A stretch of 64,000 nucleotides of DNA from Mytilus edulis. Taxonomy: Eukaryota. The translations under genes were made by a program, and so were the position numbers. The stretch lies in NCBI RefSeq assembly GCF_963676685.1, contig NC_092344.1:117986001-118050000 (forward strand). Direction: 5' to 3'. Every line of letters starts with the position of its first letter. The stretch's first letter is position 1. The notes under the pieces are model-generated. The model saw only the letters and a list, made by a program, of their open reading frames with translations, had not been told where the DNA came from and did not search any database. Positions 1 to 14,400 of this stretch are shown piece by piece.

Positions 1-20
1 GGTATATCAGGCCTACTTAC

Positions 21-2844
21 TAGAGAACTGTCATTCCATATATTGTCCATCTCAGAAGTTAACACATGGTCTTTACATAACTCAATTCTGAACAGAACCT
101 CTTGTTCTAGTGAAGGTCTACTGTATGTCCACAATTTATAACATGTAGCTGCAGTAATGTTATGTCTATAATCTAAAAAAAAGTCCACAATTTATAGTGC
201 ATTGCTGCAGATATGTCCAATCTGTAACCTAAAACAAAGTCACATTCCATGATATTTTCTGGCTGACTATGTTTACATATATATCCAAATTTTATAATTT
301 CTAAATGTTGCAATTATTTTTAAGCCTTTAGCATTCTAAGTGTTAATAGAGAATTTTAAGAAAAATGTTTACAAAATGGGTTTTATGTCATTTACGGATC
401 TTATATACAGGAAAGATCTAATCTTAGAAAAAAACATGTCACAAGAAAGATCAACCAACCTATGAATCATCACCATACAGTATATCACTCATGGAGGTTA
501 TCATATGATTGAATGTAGGAAATGAACTCAAATTTGGATGTTAATAAAGAGTATTATATATGAGTTCTAATTACCTTTCTTGTGTTGCAAAGATTTGGAT
601 AAATCTTCACAAATCTTTTTAGAAACTGGATCTTCCAACGGGTACAAAGTGAGCACCTCTAAGACATAATCCCATAATGACAACAAAGGAGAGTTAATTG
701 GAACAGTTAACAGTTGTTTGTACACCATTATAAACCATGAATCTGATTCTAAAGTATCTTCTCTATCCACTTTAGATTTTATTTGATCCATCTTCTCCTG
801 AAATTTTTTCCTCAATTTCCCTTTAATTTGTATAACTATCTGAAAAAAAATGGATTAAACTTTTAAAACAAATCAGAACAAATTAAAAAGTTATCATATG
901 TTTTGATCTTCAATTTGCCCTTACATTACCAAAGTTAACAGTGCACTATTTAACCATGTAACCATAACAATATTTGAATATTTTCAAAATATCTTGATAT
1001 TATTTAACTTTTAATGTTTTACCGGTACATTAATTAAAAGTAAATGAATTATTGTTCAAAGATACTTTGATACCTTAAATTATGAAATATAACACAGACA
1101 TCAAGTATCTTTATATATGAACCAAACTCGTCTTTTTTTTTTATTCATTCTTATTTACCTGCTGCTTATATTTTAGTTTATATAATATAATATAATTTTA
1201 AACCAATAACTAAATTTTACACAAGAATTACCTGTTTATTATTTTCTTTGATAACATTATTTGGTTGTATACCTAGCTGACAGACTGTGAAGTAGGAGTT
1301 CAACGGAACACTTACAGTACTTTTTACTTGTGCCTGAAAATGGTCAAAGTTTTATACCAAATTAAAACATGCAATCTGCACTACAACAAATTCATTTTGT
1401 TCAATCTGAGTGAACCTGTTTGGCATTGCAGGATTTATCAATACACTGACAAGTTTTAACCGACTGAAGGCAGGTTACTGAGGTACAATACTACATGTTC
1501 TTGAGTATGAAGTATGAAGCTTAATAAAATAATTTTTATGACAGATAAGCATAGAAAACATTTGAAATAATCTTAAGCCTGGCTATGATATGAACCAATG
1601 CATACCAAATGGTGTTGATCTATAATTACTGGCTCCCCTTTAACTAACCCCATCACAAATTATTGACACCACAGATATGTCAGAAACAGCATGCCTATGT
1701 CTTGATTTCCTGCGTTTAATAAGGCCAGACATCTATAATAAAATGTAAAAATATAAAGTACAAACCAAGGCCCACTCTGCAGCTTTTCTCTCTATGTGGG
1801 TTTGTGGATTCTCTCTCCATAGTCCCATTATACATTGTGTAGTTTTATCATACAACGCTGAGCACCCTCTGATTGTTTTCGATACATATAAACGTCCTAA
1901 TATCTGACCTGTATCAGGGATTTCTTTGATTACTGCATCAACAGTCTGTAAAAAATATTCAATTTAACAATAAGATAAGATTTAGGCTTAAAAAGAATTA
2001 AAAAGTTTGATCAAAGTTGAAACTGTATGATCTTTAATACATTTTTCAATTTTTAAGCAGATTTTAAAATTAACAGATAACACCATTTCCACTTTCTACA
2101 ACAACAAAACATGTTTTTTTAATTGCACACCGCAACACATATTTGTTTTCTTTCAAACATGCAAATACTACAAATAATATTTAAATGAAAGGTGTAGTGT
2201 ATGTATAATATTTAAATGAAAGGTGTAGTGTATGTAGACAAATATTATATAAAGGTGTAGTGTATGTAGACAAATATTATATAAAGGTAAATTATTTAGA
2301 TTGATCTTGCATGTGCTCTTTATTTTTTCCCAAGTAAAAAGTGTTCTTTGAAGGGAGATAATAATAGTCACTGAAATTTGTAAACTATATTTTTTTTTTA
2401 TTACTATAACAAACCAATTAAGAACCAGATATTCCTATAACAACACTTGAGATATGTCGACACATTGAAGAAAATTTAAAATATGGAAAAATAAATTAAG
2501 AGACTTTTTTTACAGTGGTACTTTAAAGGGGGGGTCCATGCCCGGGGTGTGACGTGTGGCAAAGCTATTTTAATATGTAGGAAGGCGTCCCAGAAAAAAA
2601 ATAAAATAGCCTTGCCAGACATCATAATTATTTGGACTAAATTGTCTGACTATAGAGTCGAGAAATGAACATTTGTTTTTACCTTAAATTTCATTAAGGA
2701 CAGCAGACCATCAAGTATCAAATTGATAGCATCAATAGAATTTCGTAAAAATATTTCTTTCTCAATGGGACAAGTCTGTGACTGTCTTATATTCGATACA
2801 ATGTAAGATACATTGTTTTTTACTTGCTCCAAGTTTGCCGCCAT
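21..2844 (-). CDS. FANCC: Fanconi anemia group C protein-like, 5' part (first 5 coding exons; continues beyond left edge)
   Basis: Exons 2844-2683, 1945-1766, 1333-1232, 839-575, 172-21, all GT-AG with compatible phases. Translation MAANLEQ...KTVDAVIKEIPDTGQILGRLYV...CIMGLWRENPQTHIERKAAEWAL...KLWTYSRPSLEQEVL resembles recalled vertebrate FANCC segments (VIERFPTIGQLL...EPQN...W; LWLRHLPSLEKAML). Confidence 0.7.
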
Positions 2845-2960
2845 TTCTACTTTCACTTTCACTTTGACTTAGTCATCTTTGGTGTCACCTTTCACTTCCG
2901 TCATAGATTTTGACACCGGTCATTTCATCTTCGACCACGTAGTCTTCCCTGGTAACTGAC
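2845..2960. promoter_or_regulatory. Probable bidirectional promoter FANCC-like / MRI1
   Basis: YY1-like AAATGGCGGC over the FANCC-like ATG (minus) and ETS-like CACTTCCG at ~2893. Candidate plus-strand donor CTG|GTAACT at 2952 could splice to the acceptor (ttctttcttag) just before the MRI1 ATG. Confidence 0.45.
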
Positions 2961-3846
2961 CAACTGCTTTGTAATACGTTTACAATCATTTTGTGGCTAT
3001 AAACTTTTACCAATTTTCATTTTATTGACATATACTTTTGGTTAATAAACTTTCTAAAGCAAACAGAAAGTAGATAATTAGACTAGCTTTCCCCCTCTAT
3101 TATCAATGAACAATAATCGTGTATGTGTTTTGAATAATCATAATATTGTTTTGCATTGTTTGTATCTGGTTGGGTATCATCCTGAAATCATGGAAAATAA
3201 AACACAGAATCCAAAATTGCAGAAAAATAAAGCAGTCTTTCCTCATTTCCTGGATCCTGAAAAATTAAATCATTTAATAATTCATATATTTAAACCTTTG
3301 AAAGTGAAAATGCAGGTGACAATAACTCTTTTGTCAGTGGCGTAGCTACCATTATTACATTGGTTGCAATGAATTACATTGATTTCCCAGTTAGATAAAA
3401 ACCGATAATTTCACATGTGAAATAAACATGGTTATTTCACTCTCTGACGTCATACAACAATAGGCGTTGTCAAGACGTCGATAACGTCGGATCAAAACAA
3501 ATTGTCAATGCGTAGGAAAAAGATATAGTTCCTTACATTTTCTACATTAATTTCATAAAAAAAGCCATTTACCAATGTAATAAAAAGAATAACTAATCGC
3601 CGTATTTGACAACTTGTGACCGAACGCCGCTATGGATTAAACTTGTGCTGCGCACTCGTTTAATCCATGCGTTGTTCGGTCGAGCATTGTCTTATATTTG
3701 ATATTCAAATATGACGATTAGTTATACTATAATTGACGCAACAAGGAACTTGCGTGCACAAACGAAATGGCAAAACAAAATATCATTATTCAAAATCATA
3801 ACAGTCAAAAAAAGAAAGCGTGCCATTGACTGTTACTATATATATC

Positions 3847-5229
3847 TGTTGGACTCTAAAGTGCGATGGGGACGCTAAAGTTCGATGGTCACGCTAAAGT
3901 GCGATGGTCTACGCTAAAGTACGTGGTTCCATACGCTAAAGTGCGATGGTCCGGGAAAATATAGACGTAAAAACGTAGTTCAATAATGACGTTAACAGTT
4001 GTTTATACAAACTAAAAATGAGCATAATATATTAGGAATATTTGATTTACAATTTTTACACCATATGTCCATGACTTACGAGTAATTAATGTCCATGACT
4101 TACGAGTAATGTCCATGACTTACGAGTAATTGATTGAATTTAACCTTTCTTTGTCGGATGAATCACAATGTTTTTTCGAGTGCTGGAAAAAGGACTTGTA
4201 TCCTACAGTCGACCATTTTACTATATAAATACAAAACTGTATACGCATAATTGTCCTGCTTCTATTTGAAGCGAACGGATACATTCGAATCATTGTTTAT
4301 GCGGCAGTTTACTTTGTGATCCCCGTTAAAATGCCGTCGATTTTAATGAAAAGTAACGTCGGTAAAATAGAGATACATGTTTCCATGCGTTTACTATAAA
4401 TTGTCTGCTAAAACATAAGTTCATACTGTATATTGTAGGAATACAGGAAAAAAAGAAAGCTTGGCGAACATTGCATTTCTCTCGCATTTAGATTTAAGCT
4501 TATGCAAATAAATGTTGCATATTCCGACAATGAACGAATTATGGATTTTGAATTTTCAATGACAAATGTAAGGGAGGTTGTAACATTAGTGTAAATGGCA
4601 ATCTACACCAATTATCCAAATTATTCAATACGCTCCGAATTGTTAAAATTCATTTTACATGAAATATAATATTAGCAAAACATAAATTTTGCATTTCTCT
4701 CGTATTTAGATTTAAGCTTATGTACATATTCTGACAATGAACGAATTAGGGATTTTTAATTTTCAGACAAATGTAATAGGAGGTAGGTTGTAACATTAGA
4801 GTGAAAGGCAATCTACACCAATTATCCAAATATTCAATACGCTCCGAATTTTTAAAAATTCATTTTACATGAAATATAATATTAGCAAAACATAAATTAC
4901 CTTTTTAGCAAATTATTACTTGGTCGGACTTGTTAATTTAGAAACAATTACTTCCGCCTACCGGTAAATTGTAAAGCCTATCACATATGTTATACCTTAG
5001 CATAATATAGCATAATAGCTTTTGCAAAAAGACTTTTTAAACCTCGATGTTTTAATACTTCGAATCTTACCCTTTGGACCAACACACTTTAGCGTGATAG
5101 ACCATCGTACTTTAGCGAACAAACAACCAACGCACTTTAGCGTGAGACATCATGGTACGTTAGCGTAGACCAACGCACTTTAGCGTGACCATCGCACTTT
5201 AGAGTACCATCGCACTTTAGAGTCCTACA
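3847..5229. mobile_element. Non-autonomous TIR transposon with TGT...ACA ends (Ginger-like) and subterminal CTAAAGTGCGATGGT repeats
   Basis: Left TGTTGGACTCTAAAGTGCGATGG matches right CCATCGCACTTTAGAGTCCTACA. About 5-7 subterminal repeats per end, set in a (TA)n tract, with an internal ~215-bp tandem duplication at ~4470-4900. Confidence 0.7.
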
Positions 5230-5441
5230 TATATATAGAATTCAAGAACTGTAGGTACTCATCCTATTCAGGCGAATCCCGCTGTTGTTGGTATTAAGGA
5301 TTATTGGCACGTCACTTTGTATATACAAATGTTTGACCATCTACCACTGTGTACTAAACGAAGTACGATTGTCTTATCATTTGGAAGACATGTTTTACTG
5401 AATTGAATTAATGTTTTACTTTCTTTCTTAGACAGTACAAG

Positions 5442-8400
5442 ATGACATTAGAGGCAATACGTTACACCAGTGGTTCTTTGATGTTGCTGGATCAGTTATT
5501 ATTGCCAAATAAATCAGAATATATCCAGATAAAAAACACAGAGGATGGATGGAACGCAATAAAGAAGATGCAGGTATTACAATTGGCTATTTATAATATA
5601 AGGGTAACAAGAAAGAACAATCCCTTCTTTAAATACTTTTTTTAAAATTTTAAATATCAGATTGGTTAAAATTTTCAGAAATGGATATCTTTAAAGGACT
5701 TTACAATCATTTATTCATGAGATTCACTTTGGTACATAGTCCAGAGATGGTAAAGTAAGAGGTAGAAAAAACTCATCATGAAGTAGAATTGATATAATTA
5801 ATGTTTAAGCAGTTGCATTTGTGTATTGTATAGACAAAATGGCAGCAAGTTCATTTTAATGTTAAAAAGTACATGTATTTGTATATAAAGGTTTGAGGAG
5901 GACTTTGCACTGTCATTACAGACTGTTGAAACCTAACTGTAGAACTGTCACTAAAACAATTCAGTAACTATATGGTATTATATTTGTATTTAGATTCGAG
6001 GAGCACCTTCCTTTGCTGTTGTAGGCTGTAGAATTGATACCCAAACAATTCAGTAATTATATGGTATTATATTTGTATTTAGATTCGAGGAGCACCTTCC
6101 TTTGCTGTTGTAGGCTGTAGAACTGATACCCAAACAATTCAGTAATTATATGGTATTATATTTGTACTTAGATTCGAGGAGCACCTTCCTTTGCTGTTGT
6201 AGGCTGTAGAACTGTCACTAAAACAATTCAGTAACTATATGGTATTATATTTGTACTTAGATTCGAGGAGCACCTTCCTTTGCTGTTGTAGGCTGTAGAA
6301 CTGATACCCAAACAATTCAGTAACTATATGGTATTATATTTGTACTTAGATTCGAGGAGCACCTTCCTTTGCTGTTGTAGGCTGTAGAACTGATACCTAA
6401 ACAATTCAGTAACTATATGGTATTATATTTGTACTTAGATTCGAGGAGCACCTTCCTTTGCTGTTGTAGGCTGTAGAACTGATACCCAAACAATTCAGTA
6501 ACTATATGGTATTATATTTGTATTTAGATTCGAGGAGCACCTTCCTTTGCTGTTGTAGGCTGTAGAACTGTCACTAAAACAATTCAGTAACTATATGGTA
6601 TTATATTTGTACTTAGATTCGAGGAGCACCTTCCTTTGCTGTTGTAGGCTGTAGAACTGATACCCAAACAATTCAGTAACTATATGGTATTATATTTGTA
6701 CTTAGATTCGAGGAGCACCTTCCTTTGCTGTTGTAGGCTGTAGAACTGATACCCAAACAATTCAGTAACTATATGGTATTATATTTGTATTTAGATTCGA
6801 GGAGCACCTTCCTTTGCTGTTGTAGGCTGTAGAACTGTCACTAAAACAATTCAGTAACTATATGGTATTATATTTGTACTTAGATTCGAGGAGCACCTTC
6901 CTTTGCTGTTGTAGGCTGTAGAACTGATACCCAAACAATTCAGTAACTATATGGTATTATATTTGTACTTAGATTCGAGGAGCACCTTCCTTTGCTGTTG
7001 TAGGCTGTAGAACTGATACCTAAACAATTCAGTAATTATATGGTATTATATTTGTACTTAGATTCGAGGAGCACCTTCCTTTGCTGTTGTAGGCTGTAGA
7101 ACTGATACCCAAACAATTCAGTAACTATATGGTATTATATTTGTATTTAGATTCGAGGAGCACCTTCCTTTGCTGTTGTAGGCTGTAGAACTGTCACTAA
7201 AACAATTCAGTAACTATATGGTATTATATTTGTACTTAGATTCGAGGAGCACCTTCCTTTGCTGTTGTAGGCTGTAGAACTGATACCTAAACAATTCAGT
7301 AACTATATGGTATTATATTTGTACTTAGATTCGAGGAGCACCTTCCTTTGCTGTTGTAGGCTGTAGAACTGATACCCAAACAATTCAGTAATTATATGGT
7401 ATTATATTTGTACTTAGATTCGAGGAGCACCTTCCTTTGCTGTTGTAGGCTGTAGAACTGATACCCAAACAATTCAGTAACTATATGGTATTATATTTGT
7501 ACTTAGATTCGAGGAGCACCTTCCTTTGCTGTTGTAGGCTGTAGAACTGATACCCAAACAATTCAGTAACTATATGGTATTATATTTGTATTTAGATTCG
7601 AGGAGCACCTTCCTTTGCTGTTGTAGGCTGTAGAACTGTCACTAAAACAATTCAGTAACTATATGGTATTATATTTGTACTTAGATTCGAGGAGCACCTT
7701 CCTTTGCTGTTGTAGGCTGTAGAACTGATACCCAAACAATTCAGTAACTATATGGTATTATATTTGTACTTAGATTCGAGGAGCACCTTCCTTTGCTGTT
7801 GTAGGCTGTAGAACTGATACCCAAACAATTCAGTAATTATATGGTATTATATGTATTTAGATTCGAGGAGCACCTTCCTTTGCTGTTGTAGGCTGTAGAA
7901 CTGATACCCAAACAATTCAGTAATTATATGGTATTATATTTGTACTTAGATTCGAGGAGCACCTGCTATTGCTGTTGCAGGATGTTTAAGTCTAGCTGTA
8001 GAACTAATACCCAAACAATTCAGTAATGTTAAAGAGTTAGTGGACTTTGTAGTGACAAAGTTAGAATACCTAGTAACCTCAAGACCTACAGCTGTAAATA
8101 TGCTAGATGCTGCTAAATTATATACTGCAAGGATGACAGAGTATGCTAAACAACCAGATCTCACACCAGATGTCATCAAAAATAAGTATGTAATTCTAAT
8201 TAAACTAAGGAATAATTAAACAAAGAGTTATTATATATAAGATAACTCTACTTGTACTTGTTATCACACACTTCACCAGTGTCAATGTGATGATCGTAAC
8301 TGCAATTACAATCATCCCAAAATGTCGGACACAAATTTAGTGAAATTTTAGAAGGCTCATTTCTCCACTTTGACAGTTTTTTTCAGATTTGTATTAGGTC

Positions 8401-11400
8401 AAAAAATATCCTTATAAGCATTGCCATTGAAATATTTCTTCGTACATGATGGAAAAGGAACAAGAAGAACGAAAATTGAGATACAAGAAATTACGATGAT
8501 GATCGTAACTTTTATTTATTTTTATCAATGATGATCGTAACTTTTATTAAATATGATCGTAACTGTGTGTTCCAACAAAGCATTTTCAGATAAATAAAGC
8601 TGTCTGGTATGCGAAAAAGTGTAAATATCAGTTAATATTGTGATAATAATGAGGAACAGTCACCGAGGGAAGGGTAATGTCCTATTGGTTAGTGCACAGA
8701 TGGTTATGACTTTGCTAGATTTCGTTTTTTCCCCATCTAGTTCAATATTAAAATGCATTGGGGGTTAACAACGTTACATATATTTTATATAAATAAGGTA
8801 ATTGGACATTTCATATTAATGGCCAGTTTGGTAAAATTGGAGGATTTTTTTAAAATTATTTTTCCATACACTTTGTAGGGAAAAAAGTACCTTTCGAGAA
8901 TCTGGTATTTTGGGGGGAATTCAGACTTTATATTTTTTCATTAACAGATATAGGATTTTGAAAGGAGAGGTAGAAAAATAGTGCATTTAGAAGTGTAACC
9001 AAATCTGTTGAATAAAAAAACCCAATGAAACCATCAATAAAGGGATCTATTTGATTTTTATTTCAGGAAGGGCTTGGATGACAAATTTTTCCTGCTTTGT
9101 TCTAAGTTGAAATCTCTATCCAGCGTTTTTTTGGTTTTTTTTCACTCTATTCGGTCCTGTCTTTTTGCATTAGTTAACCTGATTTTTTTACCTAAATTGT
9201 CATCCTGACTTTTGGTTTGGCAAAGTTGTTCTTCCGTCCTTTTTGTTTTACTCAAATCTCCTGCTTTTTTTCCAAATCCCCCCTCCCTATAAACAAATCA
9301 AATAGTAGCTATTTGATATTTTTGGCTTAAACAACTTCTTCGACTAATTTCAATAAAACATGTCATATATCGTAAGTGTAAGGATTTATACATGAAATCT
9401 AATATGAACGTGTATACCATCTATTTCAGCTTTTCCTTCTTTATATGCATAAATTGCCAACCCATGGAAGTCCAGTAGCGGAATCACAAGATTTTCATAA
9501 AAGGGGTAGAAACTGTCTGCAAAAGAGTAGGCCTGCTACAGTCATGCTTCATTGGTTCTCTATATAATCAACCAAATTACTACTAAGAAAAATTATTAAG
9601 GACACATGCATATAAGCCTGCTAATCCCCTCTTATGTCATTTCTTTTTGACAAATAGCGGTGTTCATTCAGCTCATTTTGTTTAGTTTTAAAATCATATT
9701 ATTTTCACTAATACCAATATATCGTGACTGCTAAATAGGAAAAAACACATCCTAAATTTTAAGTTACGATCATCATTTTATAAAAACAGGTCCAAGTTAC
9801 GATCATCCATAGACGAAGTTACGATCATCATCTAGTTTTTTTTAATCTCGATTTTCGTTCTTCTGGTTGTTTTTCTATCATTTAGGAAAAACACATTCAA
9901 TGGTAGTGCTTATTAAAAAAATTCTTGATATAAAACAAATCTGAAAATAAGCTGTTAAAGTGGAGAAATCGGCCTTTTAAAATTTCCCTAAATTTGTGTC
10001 CGCCATATTGGGATGATCGTAATTGCAGTTACGATCATCACGTTGACACTGGTGACACTTCCAGCTAACAGAGACCAAAAAGTAAACAATATGCATTCTA
10101 CATTGTTGAAGGTTGACATGACTTTCATTATTCATTTATTTTTGTGGTTACAATTTTCATAAATTGAGGAAAATTTATGTTTTCACAACTTTTTAACACT
10201 GAGAGTGATTTAAGATCAGGATCAAACATCAGTGACAGTTAGCACTGGAAATAAATACAAAATGTTTTTTGAAAATTGTTGAAAATCAAATTTTGCTTCA
10301 TTGTTTAATTTATTGTTAGAATAGTCACTGAGATCGAACAGATGCTAGAGGATGATGTAAATGTTAACAAAAGAATGGGACAATATGGTGGAGAAGATAT
10401 ACTTAGTCGTCTTGGAAACAGTTCAGCTACTATTCTGACACATTGCAATACTGGTTCCTTAGCAACAGCAGGTTATGGCACAGCACTAGGTAAAATCTTG
10501 GATAAAAATAGATTGATTTAAAGATCTGTTTGAAACTCATAATTAAAATTCCAACTTGAAATTACATTTACTTTTTTATGTTTATATTTGGGTTATCTCC
10601 CCTATCCATACTGACAATTATTAAATATTTCTACTTTGCTATGATAGTATATGTTAAATTTATTTCATATGTATCATCGTGTAATGTGTTTTCGTACTAA
10701 TAACAATTTTCACTGCTTACGGTTTTTACTGTTGAGTTTTTATTTAGGTGTTTACTCAGATTTAAAAAGCATGTCCTGTAGATTGATTTTAGGTATCTAG
10801 TTTTTTTGTCAATGGTTTCTACGATTTTTTACTGTTTCCGATTACTTTGCGATTTTTGTGTGTCAAAAAAACGGCGTCATGTGTTTTCGTATGAAATAAA
10901 AATTGGATCAGTACACGGACAGGAAATGACTACAAAATCCGGAAATAAATTTTTTCTAAAGTCGTGGTTCTGGTGATCGCTTGAATCGTAAAAAAAGTTA
11001 TTAAATACTTTTCAGTACTAAAAATTACTGGTAAATAGTGTAAGGTTGGTGTTTCGTGTGATGAAATTTTTAGATTTTGATTAATTTTCAGATTGGCACC
11101 TGGTTTGTACAAAATACATTATTTTTTCTAAAATAAAATGCAGTTTTCAAAATTTATGATTAAATATAAAAAGTTAAGACTGTTTTCATCTTCATGTATC
11201 AAGGATGTATAAAAAAAAATTGTCAATGAAATATTGAATAGTTGGATTTTGAACAACCATTTTATATAAGAACCCTGCTAATTTTAACTCGATGGTTTGT
11301 AATTAAAACGGCCAAAAAAACACATGACAGTCATATGTCTTGAAGATCCGGTGTCTGACTTGCAAAAAACATATCTTGACTTTATTTTAACCTTCAGAAT

Positions 11401-14400
11401 TTTTTTCCACAACTATTCTAGTGATGCGTATTTTTGACATTAAATAAAAATGGCTAAATAGGTCAGTTTTATTTAATTTGTTCTAACGTCTTTAAAAAGC
11501 GACGTTGAATATGTTTTAAATATATCAAGTTGTAGTGGTGTTGTTGTTCTAAATATAGAAACAGAAAAACATGCCACAATGTACGCGTATGCAGTCGAAA
11601 CCGACGAAATGTGGTTGATACGAAAACATATGACATACGAAAACATATGACACGACGATATATATATTTTTATAGAGATGATTTTAAAAAAACTATTCTA
11701 CTAAATTTATACATCTGAGTGATGTGCTCCCATTCTCAACTTTGTGTATTTTAAAATTAAACATTGCATTTGTAGGGGCATCATTTGTATCTCCCATACA
11801 CAATAATATCTTCAAAGAAGTCTCACATTGACTTTGCTATAATACAGTTACTTCAGAGTGGAGTGGGGGGAGGGGGCACTTTGTCTAGTTATACGACCGC
11901 ACATATTAAAAAAATGTTGGTCGTATATTGGTATCACGTTGTCAGCGTCGACGTCATCATCAGCGTCATCCCAAGACAGATGGTTTCAGGATAATAACTT
12001 TAGTATAAGTAAATAGAAATCATTCAAATTTAAACACATTGTTTATAACCATAAAAGGAAAGTTTTTTGATTTTGGGGGTTATGGTCCCAAAGGTTTAGG
12101 AATAAGGGGCCCAAAGGGGCCCAAAACAAGCATTTATCTAGTTTCAGGACAATGAGTTGTGTATAAGTATTTCAATTGCTCTGAAATTGTACCACAATGT
12201 TTAATACCATATGTAGGGTTGGGATTCAATTTAAGGGTTATGGGACAAACAATCTTGGAATTAAGGGCCAAAAAGGGGCCAAAAACAAGCATTTTTCTAG
12301 TTTTAGGACAATAACTTGTGTGTTACTGTATGGATTTCTCTGACATTGTACCACAAGGTTCCATATAACAAAGGGAAGGCTGGGATTGAGTTTGTGGTTA
12401 TTTTCCCCAAACATGTAGGAATAAGGGGCCAAAAAGAAGCATTTTTCTAGTTTACAGACAATAACTTGTGTTTAAGTGTATAAATCTCTCTGAAATTATA
12501 CCACAAGTTTCCATACTAAAAAGGGATGGTTATGGGGGTTATGGCTCAAATCATTTAGCACAAAAGGGCAAAAAAACGGGGAAAAAACAAGGGTTTTTCT
12601 GGTTAAAGGACAATTGAGACAATTTAAAGTAGTGTAAGTGAGGTAATCCAATTCCATTTAGAGGAAACTGTTATATATATATATTTATATGTTTGATTAC
12701 CTCCCTTACACCGCTTGAAAATTATGTATTAAGAAATGATGATTGTCTTTCTCATTTCAGATTTCATAATTTAAAAAGAAAATTTCTTCAAATATTTTTG
12801 TTGTTGAGGGGATTGCTCAAAAGCAAAAAAAAATGTTTAAGTTCATTAGACCACATCCATTCTGTGTCAGAAACCTATGCTTGTCAACTATTTAATCACA
12901 ATCCAAATTCAGAGCTGTATCCAGCTTTAATGTTGTGGCCATACCTGCCCCAACTGTTTAGGGTTCGACCTCTGCGGTCATATAAAGCTGCGCTGTGCGG
13001 AGCATCTGGTTTTATTTGTTTCATAGTTTCATAGTTTATTAAAGAAAACTCGGCCGCAGAAGACTGCATAACAGGAGCATATTATACACAATATAAATCA
13101 CAACATATTTCATAATACATTCAGTATACATTTTTATAATATACATCTTCAGAAATAAATCTTTGTTTATTGCAATTTTAAATCAGACAAGCATCTTTTC
13201 TACCTTTTGAATAAAAATTGACAGCTTAGACAGCACATTATTATTACAATATTTAAGCATACCCGGTACTTTTTTAACATTTGAATATTTTGAATAATAT
13301 AGAGGTATGAACTTCCCCCTTAAATCTTTATCTTGTTATCATAATCAATATTTATTCTATATTTTTCTATTTTATTATTTATATAAGCCATTAAGTATCT
13401 GTGATATGGTAGGTGATTAGAAAAGCTTTGTAGATGCCATATACATTAAAGTGTAAAATGTAGGTTTTCTTTGCAATAGGAAAAAAATCATTGTAATGCA
13501 ATTCACATTTGTACTAACATTTTGATTTGGACAATATATTGTATTTTAAGAGGATAAATCCAGGGAATAATATTCAGAATGTGCAATCATGTTGGTTTAT
13601 CTAATAGTTGGAACATTTTAGCAGAATTAGTTTAGCATTTAATAGGTAGAATTAGAAAATGAATACAGGCAAGGTATTTAAATACTTCCTGACATCCATG
13701 ATACTCTTACATTTTACAGTCACTTATATCCATTTTCAAATTGTGAAAGTAAAATCAATGATTGATGTTGCAAGTATGAAAATACAATTCAGTTATACCT
13801 CAATTTTCACCACATATGCTTAGTAGTCACTTTGCACTGCATAATATACAAATAAGTGCACATAGATATTGGTTATTTACAATTGTTCAAATAAATTGAT
13901 GAACAAGTACACTAGTAAATATATGTTGTGATATAAATGTTAGTGTACTAACTTAGCATGGCCAATGTAGAACTAGATATTTGTCTTGCTGTTGAAAACA
14001 TAAAATAAAACCAATCTGATTGACATACACAGATCATGTGTGTTTTCTTGCAAGCAAGGACCTGACAATGTTAAATTCCTATTGAAGTTTTGAAACTATT
14101 TTTTGTCAAGCTATGAAATGAAAGTGAAAAAAAACTCATTTGAATATTACAGTGATTCTAAAAATTCTGGTTTGCAAATATCAGCAACGCTCTTAACCAA
14201 AATTTTGATAGGAAAGAATGCTATGACCAGAAATGATCTAACAAGGGTATCAGAATCCACCTACCATCCAATTTTCTCAGAAAATTGAAATGTTAGTTTT
14301 ATATTATTTCTAAATTTATCACATAGAATTTAAGAAAGGTTTGTCATACCGGTAAGTCATGTAAGTACAGAAGCACTGACTATGAGCTGGGGATACCAAC

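Noticed and set aside
5969-7949. CRISPR-like regular array
   Set aside because: Contiguous near-identical units with no unique spacers, no cas genes, eukaryotic intron context; the unit derives from the MRI1 exon junction.
7946-8179. Minus-strand 77-aa ORF, and similar antisense ORFs at 31050, 32053, 26433, 37639, 37667
   Set aside because: Shadows of real coding exons on the opposite strand.
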